From NCBI RefSeq assembly GCF_001194135.2, contig NC_068985.1:100927081-100976494 (forward strand): DNA of 49,414 nt, in the 5' to 3' direction. A model generated the notes under the pieces. It saw only the letters and a list, made by a program, of their open reading frames with translations. It was not told where the DNA came from and ran no database searches. This DNA is from Octopus bimaculoides (Eukaryota). Of this stretch, positions 24,906 to 36,605 are shown one piece after another (position 1 is the first letter of the stretch; the number at the start of each line of letters is the position of its first letter). The position numbers and the translations under genes were made by a program.

Positions 24906-27099
24906 TTAGATGTTAATGGAAAGAGAAGAGGGTGATTTAAACGGTATAGAACGAAAGAAGGATACGGAGGGAAGGTTTGAGGATGACTAAGAAATATTTC
25001 ACATTCCCTATTGGGGAAAAATGACACACGTCGTGATGTAAACTTTAGTTAACCTATTACTAAAGCACTATTGTTTGCAATTTATAGTTGTGTCCTACCG
25101 TATCATGCAAGCATACGTCCATATTCAATTTAGTAATATATCATCCGGCATAGTATGTGATTAATCCTTGCAGGTACAAGCACACATAGACATTTAGATG
25201 CTTGGATATGCTTCATGTGTGCGAATGTGTGAATGTGCGTGTACGTGACTTATTTTCTGTGAGTATACGTATTTCTTTGCGGATATTATATCTCAACATA
25301 TCTAGAGCGAAACTTATTATTCAATCTCTGCCTCAGCTGTTTGCCACTGAAGAGTTGCAGATGTCGTACGGAATGTTCTCTTTTCTTTAGTAGAATCATT
25401 CATCTGCTCATATTATGTTTGTGTATTCACACACACACACACGCGTACACACACACACACTCAAACAACCACACATGCACGCGCGTTTTTATGTCGACAC
25501 TCTTGTTAACGAATTATGAAGTTCGACGTACTTAATTCTTATAATCTTGTGTCACACATAAAGGTTATATGTTGATGTAAATTTTATGGAGTGCATACAT
25601 CCACCGATCTCAATGCTACTGTGTTCCTCTGCAGTAGTAGCAAGATGATCGAGTCATTTTTGAAAGAAAAGTATTCATTTTATATTTCTAATAGGATCGT
25701 AAAATATGTTGCCGCGAAGATATCGTAAATGACAACGTATTGGAAAAAGATATCTAGTCGATGGTCTGCGAATTTATATCTCAAGACCTGAAAGTATGCT
25801 GAATTCATTTGAAGTTTCGTATAGCCTTATTGGGCAAGGAACGCAAACGCGAGGATTCTCTTGTGATATATATAATTTAATCCAAATTTCTAGTAAGAGG
25901 TTCAGAGTTAAAAGTCATTCAGAAATGATCCATGGGTGCTATTATTTGGAAAGTAATATAATAATTTTTCACGGAATCTTGTATTATATTCATTAGATTT
26001 GTATCCGCCGAGATACATAGCAAAATGATCAATATATAGCTTAATTCCAGTAAATCACTCATTGTTCTTTATATTTACCGCTGTGAATTTGAGGATAAGT
26101 TTGTTGGGATTGTTTTTTTGTTCATGTCCACACTTTTCACGTTGTTATTTCTTCTTTTGCTTCGGTGTTTCGATTCGATCAAATAACCTTATAAATTATA
26201 TTTCCCTCGTTTTCTATTGCAATCACCTATGCTCACGGTGGGATATTGCAACCAGCTTATTCATATTATGACCAAAAATAACGCGGCAGTCGGGCATCGA
26301 ATACACGTTTTTACATAGCCTTGTAATTAAGTACACTTCCGTCTTCCGGCTCACTGCTATGATTATAATTGGTAGAGTTTGGACTTTACTAAGGTGCTCC
26401 CATGATGGTTGTTAGTGCTGCTCTGATAATGTCTGTCAATAGTGTATCTGATACATCGAAGAGATTCATCAGTTTTCGATTTGGGCAATTTTGCGTGTTA
26501 GTTGCTTTAATCTTAATCATGAAGCCATCATCCATTGAAGCTACTTTGATATTATTGTTCTGGATTCTGATTGGTCATTGCGAATAGTGAGTAAAGTGTG
26601 TTTCCTCTTCCCTTATTAGCTTTCATTTTCCTATACAGAATGGATTGCTTACAAAATAACATTAAATAGTTCAGTTCCATATGAATTTTCGAAAGTTGGA
26701 AAACGAGAGACAATCCATATACTATTTACTGTTGTTTATTAACACACCAATATCAAACACAGGAACGGAAAATATACCAAACGCTAATGTATGATATGGA
26801 CGGTTCCAAACGGCTGCCAAACGCGGTTGCGTTGCTGACGCAAGCACCAGCACGAAAAACAAGAATACTAGTAGATGCAGCAGAAATGGCAAACATATCA
26901 CCCACACAACTATAATAGAATCATAACAAGGCACAATCTCCGTCAAAACCATCGCAATTAGTAACACCAATAATAATAACAATGTATAATACACAACAAA
27001 CAACGTTTCCAAGGAGCGATATGAAATCGTGACATAAGGTACGGCAATAACAATGATAGGAGATCGAATATTTTAATATGATATTGTGCATTAGCGTTA

Positions 27100-27143
27100 T
27101 TACTTTCAACATCATTCTTACTTTCAACATCATTCTTACTTTC
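27100..27143 (+). repeat. 18-bp tandem repeat, about 2.4 copies
   Basis: ttactttcaacatcattc twice, then ttactttc. Confidence 0.9.
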
Positions 27144-27718
27144 TAGATATTTCTACCGTTAAATTAACATTTTTTTCTTCCCTTTGTTAAACATTGTCTA
27201 ATTTCTTTGCGGATATCTATTCATCCCCTTTCACATTTCAGTGAATCTCGATGTTTCAAATTGATTGATCATACATAGAATATTGAAGTGATCAATCATA
27301 ACTAAAATTGATCTCTTATTAATGTATATTATTCTTGCATCTTTAATTTTCTCTATTCAATTTCATTTCTTTATTCACGTTCATTCGACATTCTCGTTCT
27401 TAAATTCATTTTCTAACTTTAAATACTCCTCTCAATAATCAACGAAAGACGATTCGTGGATATGGCGATTTTGTTTAATAATACAGTACGTTCGTTTATT
27501 TCACTACTTATCAGTTGGCTGATTATGTAAAGACGCATCGTTAATGATGTAGACACATTTGACAGGATAAGCTATACTGAAAGAACGCAGATATCTTTTT
27601 TTCTTTATCTCTCTCCTTATATATANNNNNNNNNNNNNNNNNNNNNNNNNNNNNNNNNNNNNNNNNNNNNNNNNNNNNNNNNNNNNNNNNNNNNNNNNNN
27701 NNNNNNNNNNNNNNNNNN

Positions 27719-27777
<59 letters not shown>

Positions 27778-27953
27778 TGTATGTATATGTGTATGCAACC
27801 ATATGTATAAGTAAGAGTAGACTTATATATGTTAGTGCGTATGTCGTGTATATATATACACACGTTCACTTACACATACATATGTATATGCATACTTTCA
27901 TAGCTATATACACATATATCGGATCACAGGCGCACATAAAATCACGCACACAC

Positions 27954-28005
<52 letters not shown>

Positions 28006-28062
28006 ACACACACATATATATATATATATATATACATACAGAGAGAGAGAGAGAGAGAGAGA
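27719..28062. repeat. (GA)n, (CA)n, (TA)n microsatellite cluster
   Basis: Direct reading. Confidence 0.9.
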
Positions 28063-28732
28063 CGGTTTATTGTTTCCAATAATATATAAACACGGGGATA
28101 TCAAATGAATCACAATAAATTGTACACAAGCACGACCCACTGGGATATACGCACTGGCATATAGATATAAAAATATTTACACACTTACACACATATATAC
28201 ATACAAATAGTTATTTTGTGTGCTTTTGTGTTTCTATATACTTGTGTATCCTAGTTTTATATAACATTCTGTATAATGCGTAAGAGTTGTTTGTTTTATT
28301 GGACATTCGTTGATACTAAAAATATATTTATTCATTTCAAATAGTGAAAATACAATCTATCCAAAGATTCCGTTTACGAAACCGGAATTGTTTGTATTTA
28401 AGAAAGAAGCGGCATAAATCCTGATTATCTCAGTTATGATACAAAGAATTCTTTTTAAATGATTTGAACCTATTACAATAAAGGCAAGTACTGATGTTTC
28501 ATTCTACACTGGTTATTTTTTAAAAGAAAATGTACCTCTGTAATATTCAATATATGCCGAAACGTGACTTACAGAATATATGTTTGCACGATATTGATAG
28601 ACCATTTTTATATCATACACTTTTCCTTTATTATGAATAAATTAAGAGTGTATAAGAAGGATTTGAATTTGAAGTGTTCCTCTATAAAAAAATACACAGT
28701 AAGGCAACCACTAGCAGTGGTTATATTTTTAG

Positions 28733-28925
28733 CGCGGCGAGCAGGCTGTATCACGAGCGCTCCGACTAAAATGCTTTACGTCTTTGAGTTCTTTGTTGAA
28801 AGTGAACAGGGGTTGTTTTTTGCATTTCGTGCTCGCAAGGTAGATTACATAAGTACCAGGTGAACAGTGAGATCGACGTAATTGATCAGCTTATTCACTC
28901 AAAATTTCAGACTTTTTCCCAATAT
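28733..28925 (+). mobile_element. Highly degenerate tRNA-derived SINE (family A)
   Basis: gcggcgagcaggctgtatc...aaaatgctt...ataagtaccaggtgaacagtgagatcgacgtaattga follows the family A block order. Confidence 0.6.
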
Positions 28926-29201
28926 GCAAAAGAGAATTGTTCTTACTTATGTTGCTGTATAACATCCACTATACACTTAGTGCTATCACGAACGACAGGA
29001 AGGAATTTATAGTTTCATTCCCAGAGGCAAGAAGAAGATTTTTCTATTAAATTGGACCGATATTTTTACTATGTCGTCTAACGAGCTCGAGAATCCTGAT
29101 AACCAGATACAAAAATGAACATTCATTTGTAAACTTCGACAAAATTCTACATAAATTATTTGCAACATATCATCGAGTTCTAGCGATGTCATTTTGAAAT
29201 G

Positions 29202-29366
29202 TGTTATGTCTCAACGCTACTGGTATCTAGCACCTTCGGATGATATCTACTCAACTGCTACTCGACTACTACTCAACTGTTACTCAACACACCAACCACG
29301 GCCACACTACCTCTATTTATATGTCTTGAGTGATCCTACTTCTTTACCTGGGGGCGTCAACACAAC
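29202..29366 (+). repeat. Dispersed repeat, unknown class, with internal 11-nt tandem (ctactcaactg); inverted copy at 48199-48367
   Basis: tgttatgtctcaa..tatctagcaccttcg..ctactcgact..ccacggcca.actac..tcctacttctt..cctgggggcgtc.acaca aligns with the reverse complement of 48199-48367. Confidence 0.8.
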
Positions 29367-30189
29367 ATGGAAATATTTTTCCAAATAACAGAGAACGAAA
29401 GACACATTTGAACCTGCAGGTTATATAATTTCGACTAACACATGACATAAATATCCCCTACTGGGTGTTAAATCAATAGACATAGAATCATATAAAATGT
29501 AATGTAATTAATCGTGTTATATTGGTTGGCTTTTTTATGCCTAAATCAGTCATAAACATATATTTCAACTGTATTAAATATATATTAAACAGCAGAGTCA
29601 ATAGTAACATTTTGTTATTCTTCGTAGATAATACTGGCAAATAATCAGAACATATTCATTAATTTTGTAGATAGGAGAATAATGATTACAGCAATGAACA
29701 TGAACCAATATATATTATTCAATTGTAAATATTGTTTGCTTTTAGTTTCGATATGTTTCAAAGTTAAATAAATATGAACTCCAGGAAAATTTATGTTACT
29801 AAATGGGTCATACATAAAATATTAGGCAGATTCATAAGATACAGCGTGATAAAATGCAAAAGGAGTTGAGAAATTTGTATGAGATCTGCAAAACTGTCAA
29901 AATGACCATTCATTGTTTCATTCCGAAAAAGACATTTGCTCATACGGCATAGACGTTATAACTCTGCATGTTTTTGTGTTTGATTAAACAGACTCTGGTA
30001 TTTACAAACAAATACACACACGCACGGATACACACATGCTCAGAGACACAGAAAATGATAAGTAAACATATGTATATGTATATGTCTACATTGGAACAGC
30101 CACCTAAAAGATTTTTGTCCAGCGTTGCACTTGTAGCCGTTCTTGTCACATATGTATATGCACGTGTATATCTATGCGTGTGTTTAATT

Positions 30190-30820
30190 ACGTACGTAAC
30201 GGACGCGCAAATACTAACACAATTACAAACATAAACACGTTCATATAAAAAAATATGACGATACACATATATAGTCACATACATGTAGAAAGAGAGACAC
30301 AAAAAGCATACATTCATGCATGTCACTCGTCGTATGTGTAGATGTGTGTGTATGGTTAATAATGTACCTAATGCAGAAACACTCAGTTAGAGAGAGATAG
30401 GCACTCATACACATAGACTCACAGACACATACTTACTCATATACAAAATGTCACGTCGTCATCGTCCTGGAATAAAATGCTATTTACTATCTCATACTTA
30501 TCGAACGTGCAAACACTCACACAGACACATACACACGCATATAAAATAGTTGTCTATGAAATGTTGCATTATGTTAATGTAAATGGAAGTCAAAACATGT
30601 TGAGAGCTGTGGGGTGTAATACTATATAGTAAGAGAGGAACACAGACATACATTCATGCATGTCACTCATCACATATGTATGTGTATGTGTAGACGTGTG
30701 TGTATTTTGAATAACGTACCTAACGCGGAAACACACACACACACACACATACACATGCAAACGCATACACTCACATTCATACACTCGTATACAAAATGTG
30801 ACGTCGTCATCGTCGTTACA
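30190..30820 (+). repeat. Complex CA-rich minisatellite/duplication (about 340-bp period), same family as 45880-46256 in opposite orientation
   Basis: catacattcatgcatgtcactc at about 30308 and 30649; actc.tatacaaaatgt.acgtcgtcatcgtc at about 30435 and 30785. Confidence 0.75.
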
Positions 30821-31169
30821 TACAATAACTTGTACTATATTGGACTGTAGAAAGATTAACTCTATAGCAGGTTTTTTGTTTTACTATTATCCGTGATCAG
30901 GGAGGGAGATCTGAGAGAGCCAATCAGTGGTACGTAGTGTATTTCAAGGATCATAGTAAAGAATGTATGCGTTATTTTGATTCTTGATCAAATGAAAATC
31001 ACAGTTATTCGCAATATCCAGTAGAAGCCTCAACTGAGATAGTTGGAAAATAATACGTAGAGCTGAAAAGTCTTTGCTACTTTATTCCATCTGGAATAGA
31101 GCATGACTGATGGAAGACTAGGACTCTTATAGTATAGTCCGGAAAGACAGACAGGTAGAGAAGAAATGT

Positions 31170-31300
31170 ATTAATCGGCATATTTGGGGTATGCTAGCGG
31201 AGAGAGTTTAGCAGGTGTATGAATATAAACAGGTAGATGATGGGATAAAACGACCACTCTGGCAAGCTTTAGCAAACATGTGAGGGTGTAGTGATAGTAA
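31170..31300 (+). mobile_element. Possible Tc1/mariner transposase C-terminal relic
   Basis: Reads HIWGMLAERV*QVYEYKQVDDGIKRPLWQALANM, resembling Tc1 NPIE(H/N)LWG.L.R.V....L..AW. Short and interrupted. Confidence 0.3.
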
Positions 31301-33297
31301 TAAAGCGGTTGTGAAATGCAATGAAGATCTCGACCTACAGGGAATCAGAAAATCGTGAAGTGAGGGGAGGTTTCGGACTAGCCTCGTTATACTGATGCTA
31401 GAAATTGATGCCTCTAATAATAAATCTGAAATGTAAAAATTTGACATATATATATATATATATATATATANNNNNNNNNNNNNNNNNNNNNNNNNNNNNN
31501 NNNNNNNNNNNNNNNNNNNNNNNNNNNNNNNNNNNNNNNNNNNNNNNNNNNNNNNNNNNNNNNNNNNNNNNNNNNNNNNNNNNNNNNNNNNNNNNNNNNN
31601 NNNNNNNNNNNNNNNNNNNNNNNNNNNNNNNNNNNNNNNNNNNNNNNNNNNNNNNNNNNNNNNNNNNNNNNNNNNNNNNNNNNNNNNNNNNNNNNNNNNN
31701 NNNNNNNNNNNNNNNNNNNNNNNNNNNNNNNNNNNNNNNNNNNNNNNNNNNNNNNNNNNNNNNNNNNNNNNNNNNNNNNNNNNNNNNNNNNNNNNNNNNN
31801 NNNNNNNNNNNNNNNNNNNNNNNNNNNNNNNNNNNNNNNNNNNNNNNNNNNNNNNNNNNNNNNNNNNTATATATATATATATATATATATACCTCTGGCA
31901 AGTAAGTCAGAGGAAAATAATGAGAGCAGGGGAGGAAGAAACTGACAGATTAATGTAACACGTTAATAAAATAAAGTAGCTAATTATTTATAAACTGCTT
32001 CATGTCTTCAATGATGCCTTTGGTAAAAGCGTTCAGATCCACGGATTTGCAAAGACGATTCACACTTAATTATTGATTATTTCAGCATTTAATTTGATTA
32101 TACAACACATCTTATATAACTTCTATCTTTGTCAACTGCTTGCAGTTAAATGAACAGCATAATGATACTACTCTTCAAGATATATCTACAAGGAGGAGGA
32201 ACGCAGTGTCACCTCACTGCAGGCATTTTAGACACCTCAATATTATGGTGAAATGCGATTACAAACCGCTTACACTATGCACGGCTTCCTTCAGCATATG
32301 AATTTTATCAGTAGTGGATCTGGGTATATATATATATATATATATATATNNNNNNNNNNNNNNNNNNNNNNNNNNNNNNNNNNNNNNNNNNNNNNNNNNN
32401 NNNNNNNNNNNNNNNNNNNNNNNNNNNNNNNNNNNNNNNNNNNNNNNNNNNNNNNNNNNNNNNNNNNNNNNNNNNNNNNNNNNNNNNNNNNNNNNNNNNN
32501 NNNNNNNNNNNNNNNNNNNNNNNNNNNNNNNNNNNNNNNNNNNNNNNNNNNNNNNNNNNNNNNNNNNNNNNNNNNNNNNNNNNNNNNNNNNNNNNNNNNN
32601 NNNNNNNNNNNNNNNNNNNNNNNNNNNNNNNNNNNNNNNNNNNNNNNNNNNNNNNNNNNNNNNNNNNNNNNNNNNNNNNNNNNNNNNNNNNNNNNNNNNN
32701 NNNNNNNNNNNNNNNNNNNNNNNNNNNNNNNNNNNNNNNNNNNNNNNNNNNNNNNNNNNNNNNNNNNNNNNNNNNNNNNNNNNNNNNNNNNNNNNNNNNN
32801 NNNNNNNNNNNNNNNNNNNNNNNNNNNNNNNNNNNNNNNNNNNNNNNNNNNNNNNNNNNNNNNNNNNNNNNNNNNNNNNNNNNNNNNNNNNNNNNNNNNN
32901 NNNNNNNNNNNNNNNNNNNNNNNNNNNNNNNATATATATATATATATATATATATACTTCTGTGTATATTGTGTATAAGTGTACCCTTATGCAAGTCTAT
33001 TTCTTCGTGTCATAAGAGGGGAGGAGGAACACAGCCATACCATAAGGAACTATTAAACCCCTGTAGCTGCTATCTGCATCCTTTAATTTTACAATTGCAC
33101 ACATTCCTCTGGGCGGGTCGATAATTGGATGATTTGCTGCATAGTTTGCTATGAATAACGACAAAATCCCCCCCTCCCCTACTCAACATTAAGTCTTAAT
33201 TCATTACTTTACCTAGACTCCTAATATAATTATTTTACATTTTGACCAAAAGGGATCCTAATAATCAATGCTGTTCAATGATAGGTAGTTAATATTA

Positions 33298-33379
33298 ACT
33301 ACAACGAAATTCTACTACTGCTACTTCTGCTGCTGTTACTACTACTACTACTACTACTGCTACTACTACTACTACTACA

Positions 33380-33413
<34 letters not shown>

Positions 33414-33440
33414 ATACTGCTGCTGCTGCTGCTGCTGCTG

Positions 33441-33514
<74 letters not shown>

Positions 33515-33685
33515 GCTGTTACTGCTACAACTACAACTACAAGCCTCACCACAATCACTACAACTACTGCTGTTATTACTACTACCACCACTACTACCAA
33601 TACTATCACCGCCTTCACGACGACCACCACCGCCATCACCGATGATAATGATGATGACGATGATGATGATAATAATAATAATGAT
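33298..33685. repeat. Long compound trinucleotide array (CTA)n/(CTG)n/(CCA)/(GAT)n/(AAT)n
   Basis: Direct reading; it explains the poly-V and poly-S ORFs in the track. Confidence 0.95.
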
Positions 33686-36419
33686 ACAATATTTCACATG
33701 AATTAATATACAATTTATTTACAATCTATGGATTTCGATACTTTCAAATTTTGAAACATTTTCATTATAAGGAATTTCAATGTTATAGAGCTCATCATGA
33801 TATACATATATGTGAACCAGTAATATTCTTGATAATGAGCTAATTTTCTCATTCGCAAAGATTTTTTCCCTTCAGTGATATTAATAAGCAGTACAAACTA
33901 ATCTTACTTTACTGTTTACAGTTCATGCCTGATTATTTGTGAGTGATGTATTATCCCGACCTTGTATTTCTAAAAAAAAATATTACAAACGTGTGCTGTG
34001 CATATATCTGAACATCATAGTAATAGATATTAGTTAATAATTCTAAATAACATCGTCATCACTGAAATTAATTTAGAAGACACGCCGGAATTTTCGGTAA
34101 AGTATGTTATGTATAGATAAGTCCTAAAAGATAGACCTATTTAGGATTTGTCTAATAGATAATTCCTCCAACTGTTTCTGTCAGTCCTAACGAATGGTTT
34201 ATTATGCGCATTTCAAATATTATTGCAGAAGCAACCCAATACGTCAATTTATTTCCAATTTTTCATGAGTATTTTGTCGCAGTACAACCATAATCATGTA
34301 TAAATTTCTCCGGATTGCGTTTCAATAAATCTCTTTACTCTGCGTCACAATTGTCGTCCGACATTCAAACTGTATACAATATAAACCGGTTACGCCTCAC
34401 TTTTGACAGAACATACGAATTTGACTTGGTCACATTACTTTTACAAAATAACGCCCGAGTGTCTGCTGTCCAAACATTCCCACACGAAACATTTTAGCAG
34501 TGAATGATTATAAAGCGCAAAGAAAATGTGTGGGTAAATTAAAATAGAAAAACTTTTCGCAAGATCAGGAAAATAAAGACTAAATTAAGAGACAACCAAT
34601 CAATGTGTTACACACCAAAGCCCATTACATATTACGTAATGAGTTTACAATACCAAAATGTAAATAATTATCGTTTTATGTGAAAACGTATCAGTTTATA
34701 GCACCGTAACTCTGTGTAAGCTAAATTACTTAGGTTTGAATTCTTTATGTGATTAGTGTAATCACTTTTCAATCTCCTTACAGATGATAATAAAAGCAGA
34801 AAAATGACTCACGTGGGAATTTTAACAACTGCTTGTATAAAAGATTTTCAGTTATTTCTAAATTAATCAACTAATATTATTTTAATAGTGCTTTATAAAC
34901 GACTGCTTGAAGTTTTCAGTGATCGATACACAGATGTCTAATTTGGAACTTTGTTATGTAGACTACTTTGAAATATATAACTTAAATGTAAAAAAGTTCT
35001 AGGATTCATGCAATAAAATAGTCAGATTTCTGTTTCCGAACTGATGGGAAAATTAACTGTGTTACAATGTTGCACACATATGTATATATCTGTAAATTAT
35101 CATTGCAGAGAGTGAGGTCTAACTTATATGTGAAAGGTCAATTAACACTTTTGAAATATATAAACACAGTNNNNNNNNNNNNNNNNNNNNNNNNNNNNNN
35201 NNNNNNNNNNNNNNNNNNNNNNNNNNNNNNNNNNNNNNNNNNNNNNNNNNNNNNNNNNNNNNNNNNNNNNNNNNNNNNNNNNNNNNNNNNATGTATGTAT
35301 GTATGTATGTATGTATACACACACAGTTGTCACTAGCTATGTCTGAGGGTGTGGGGTAGCATCGGCATTGCTGGAAAAAAGAGTTAAAAGAAGTTCATGT
35401 CTATGCACTAACAGAGGAGATAACCACCCCACGGCGAACGAAATCACCATAATAATCTACTTTTGGTTAAAATTTAAGCTCATCGGTTGTGACCACTTCA
35501 TCATTGGATGGCTTTTCAAAAATCCCGACTGTCGGTATTTACCATATGAATCAATGGCTGATTCAGTAACATGGTATTGTGAAAATTATAGAAAAAAAAA
35601 TTTCGTTTAATTTCAGCTTCATATCAATCGGATTACCTTAAACTTCAAACACAGTGTTCTTGATCAAATTGCTATAAACGATTCAGTGTCATTTTCATAT
35701 TTTTCATTATTCCAAAGCATAATAAAATATAGTCAAAATAACGATTCCATTTATTTGGATGGAAGAACTTGTAATTTCTACAACATTGTGACCTATATAC
35801 GACAAAGCAACATATTATAATAAATTATATTTCCCTGGTATAAGTAGTTTTTTTCATTCCAGAATTCCTTGATTTTAACATATGGTTTTACATACAAAAT
35901 CAAGGTAAAAAAAGCAAATTCACGTATATATGATTCCTATCTCATGAAATTAGCGATGAAACTCAGCCCAAATGTTTTTCTTCAAAGAATACTATTAAAT
36001 ACAGACTACTGAAGTATAGCGAAAATATAGTGAATTTACGTCAGTAATACTATGTGTAGGTAATGTATAACCAAATGATACGCACATCAGAAATCTATAG
36101 TATGTTGACACTCTATGCATGATTTGAATGTTATTTAATAGGGATCAAGATTATATGCTGAAAAATCTGATCCTTAGAATTTAAACGTGATGAATTATAA
36201 TTAAAGTACGATGGGTATCCACAAATCGATCACTACCATTTCATCTCCTTTTGTCAGGACACGTTACATCTAGCAGTGCTGGCACACGAGATTCTATAAG
36301 TGATATGTATATTACCAAGAATGGCCACATGCGTCATACACACGCGATTAAGTCCCGTCCTTTTATTTTGTTGGTGATCACGAAGTTGTAGTGAGATATA
36401 GTCTTAAGCAGCCCACTTT

Positions 36420-36605
36420 AGCTTTGGAGCAACGGGTGTCTCAAATGAAGCAATAATGAGATGCTCCAGTACTTGACTTCTAATTGTTTTTATAAGGTTA
36501 GCACAACTAAAAATGTTTCAAATTGCCTAAGAACGCAGTCCCTGCTGGTCCCGGTATCAAAACTGGAATATTATAATCGGAGACCGACATTCCTGGCTAT
36601 TGCAA
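36420..36605 (-). mobile_element. Possible very old tRNA-SINE remnant
   Basis: The layout (..aattgcctaagaacgcagtccctgctggtcccggtatcaaaact..) resembles the reverse complement of a tRNA head plus core domain. Heavily diverged. Confidence 0.3.

Larger units (their letters stand above)
613..35290. other. Twelve assembly gaps (613-785, 1849-2159, 3579-3624, 5030-5039, 16990-17404, 21582-22431, 22958-23471, 24335-24781, 27626-27718, 31471-31867, 32350-32931, 35171-35290)
   Basis: N-runs; most abut microsatellites. They produce the long X-filled ORFs. Confidence 0.99.

Noticed and set aside
26722-27012. Hydrophobic 96-aa minus ORF resembling a membrane protein
   Set aside because: The hydrophobicity follows from decayed AAC/ACC-rich low-complexity sequence read on the opposite strand; no family motif.
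33295-33697. Poly-Val and poly-Ser proteins
   Set aside because: Products of the trinucleotide array; no splice or start context.
34784-34865. Acceptor ttttcaatctccttacAG followed by DDNKSRKMTHVGILTTACIKDFQLFLN*
   Set aside because: No convincing donor or homology; a single acceptor-like site is expected by chance.
1781-35336. Long ORFs in the track containing X or YI/CV/HT/SL runs
   Set aside because: They are translations of N-gaps and di-/tetranucleotide microsatellites.
35340-35400. Tc1-like VWG motif (LRVWGSIGIAGK)
   Set aside because: Twelve residues only, followed by a stop, with no further transposase similarity.
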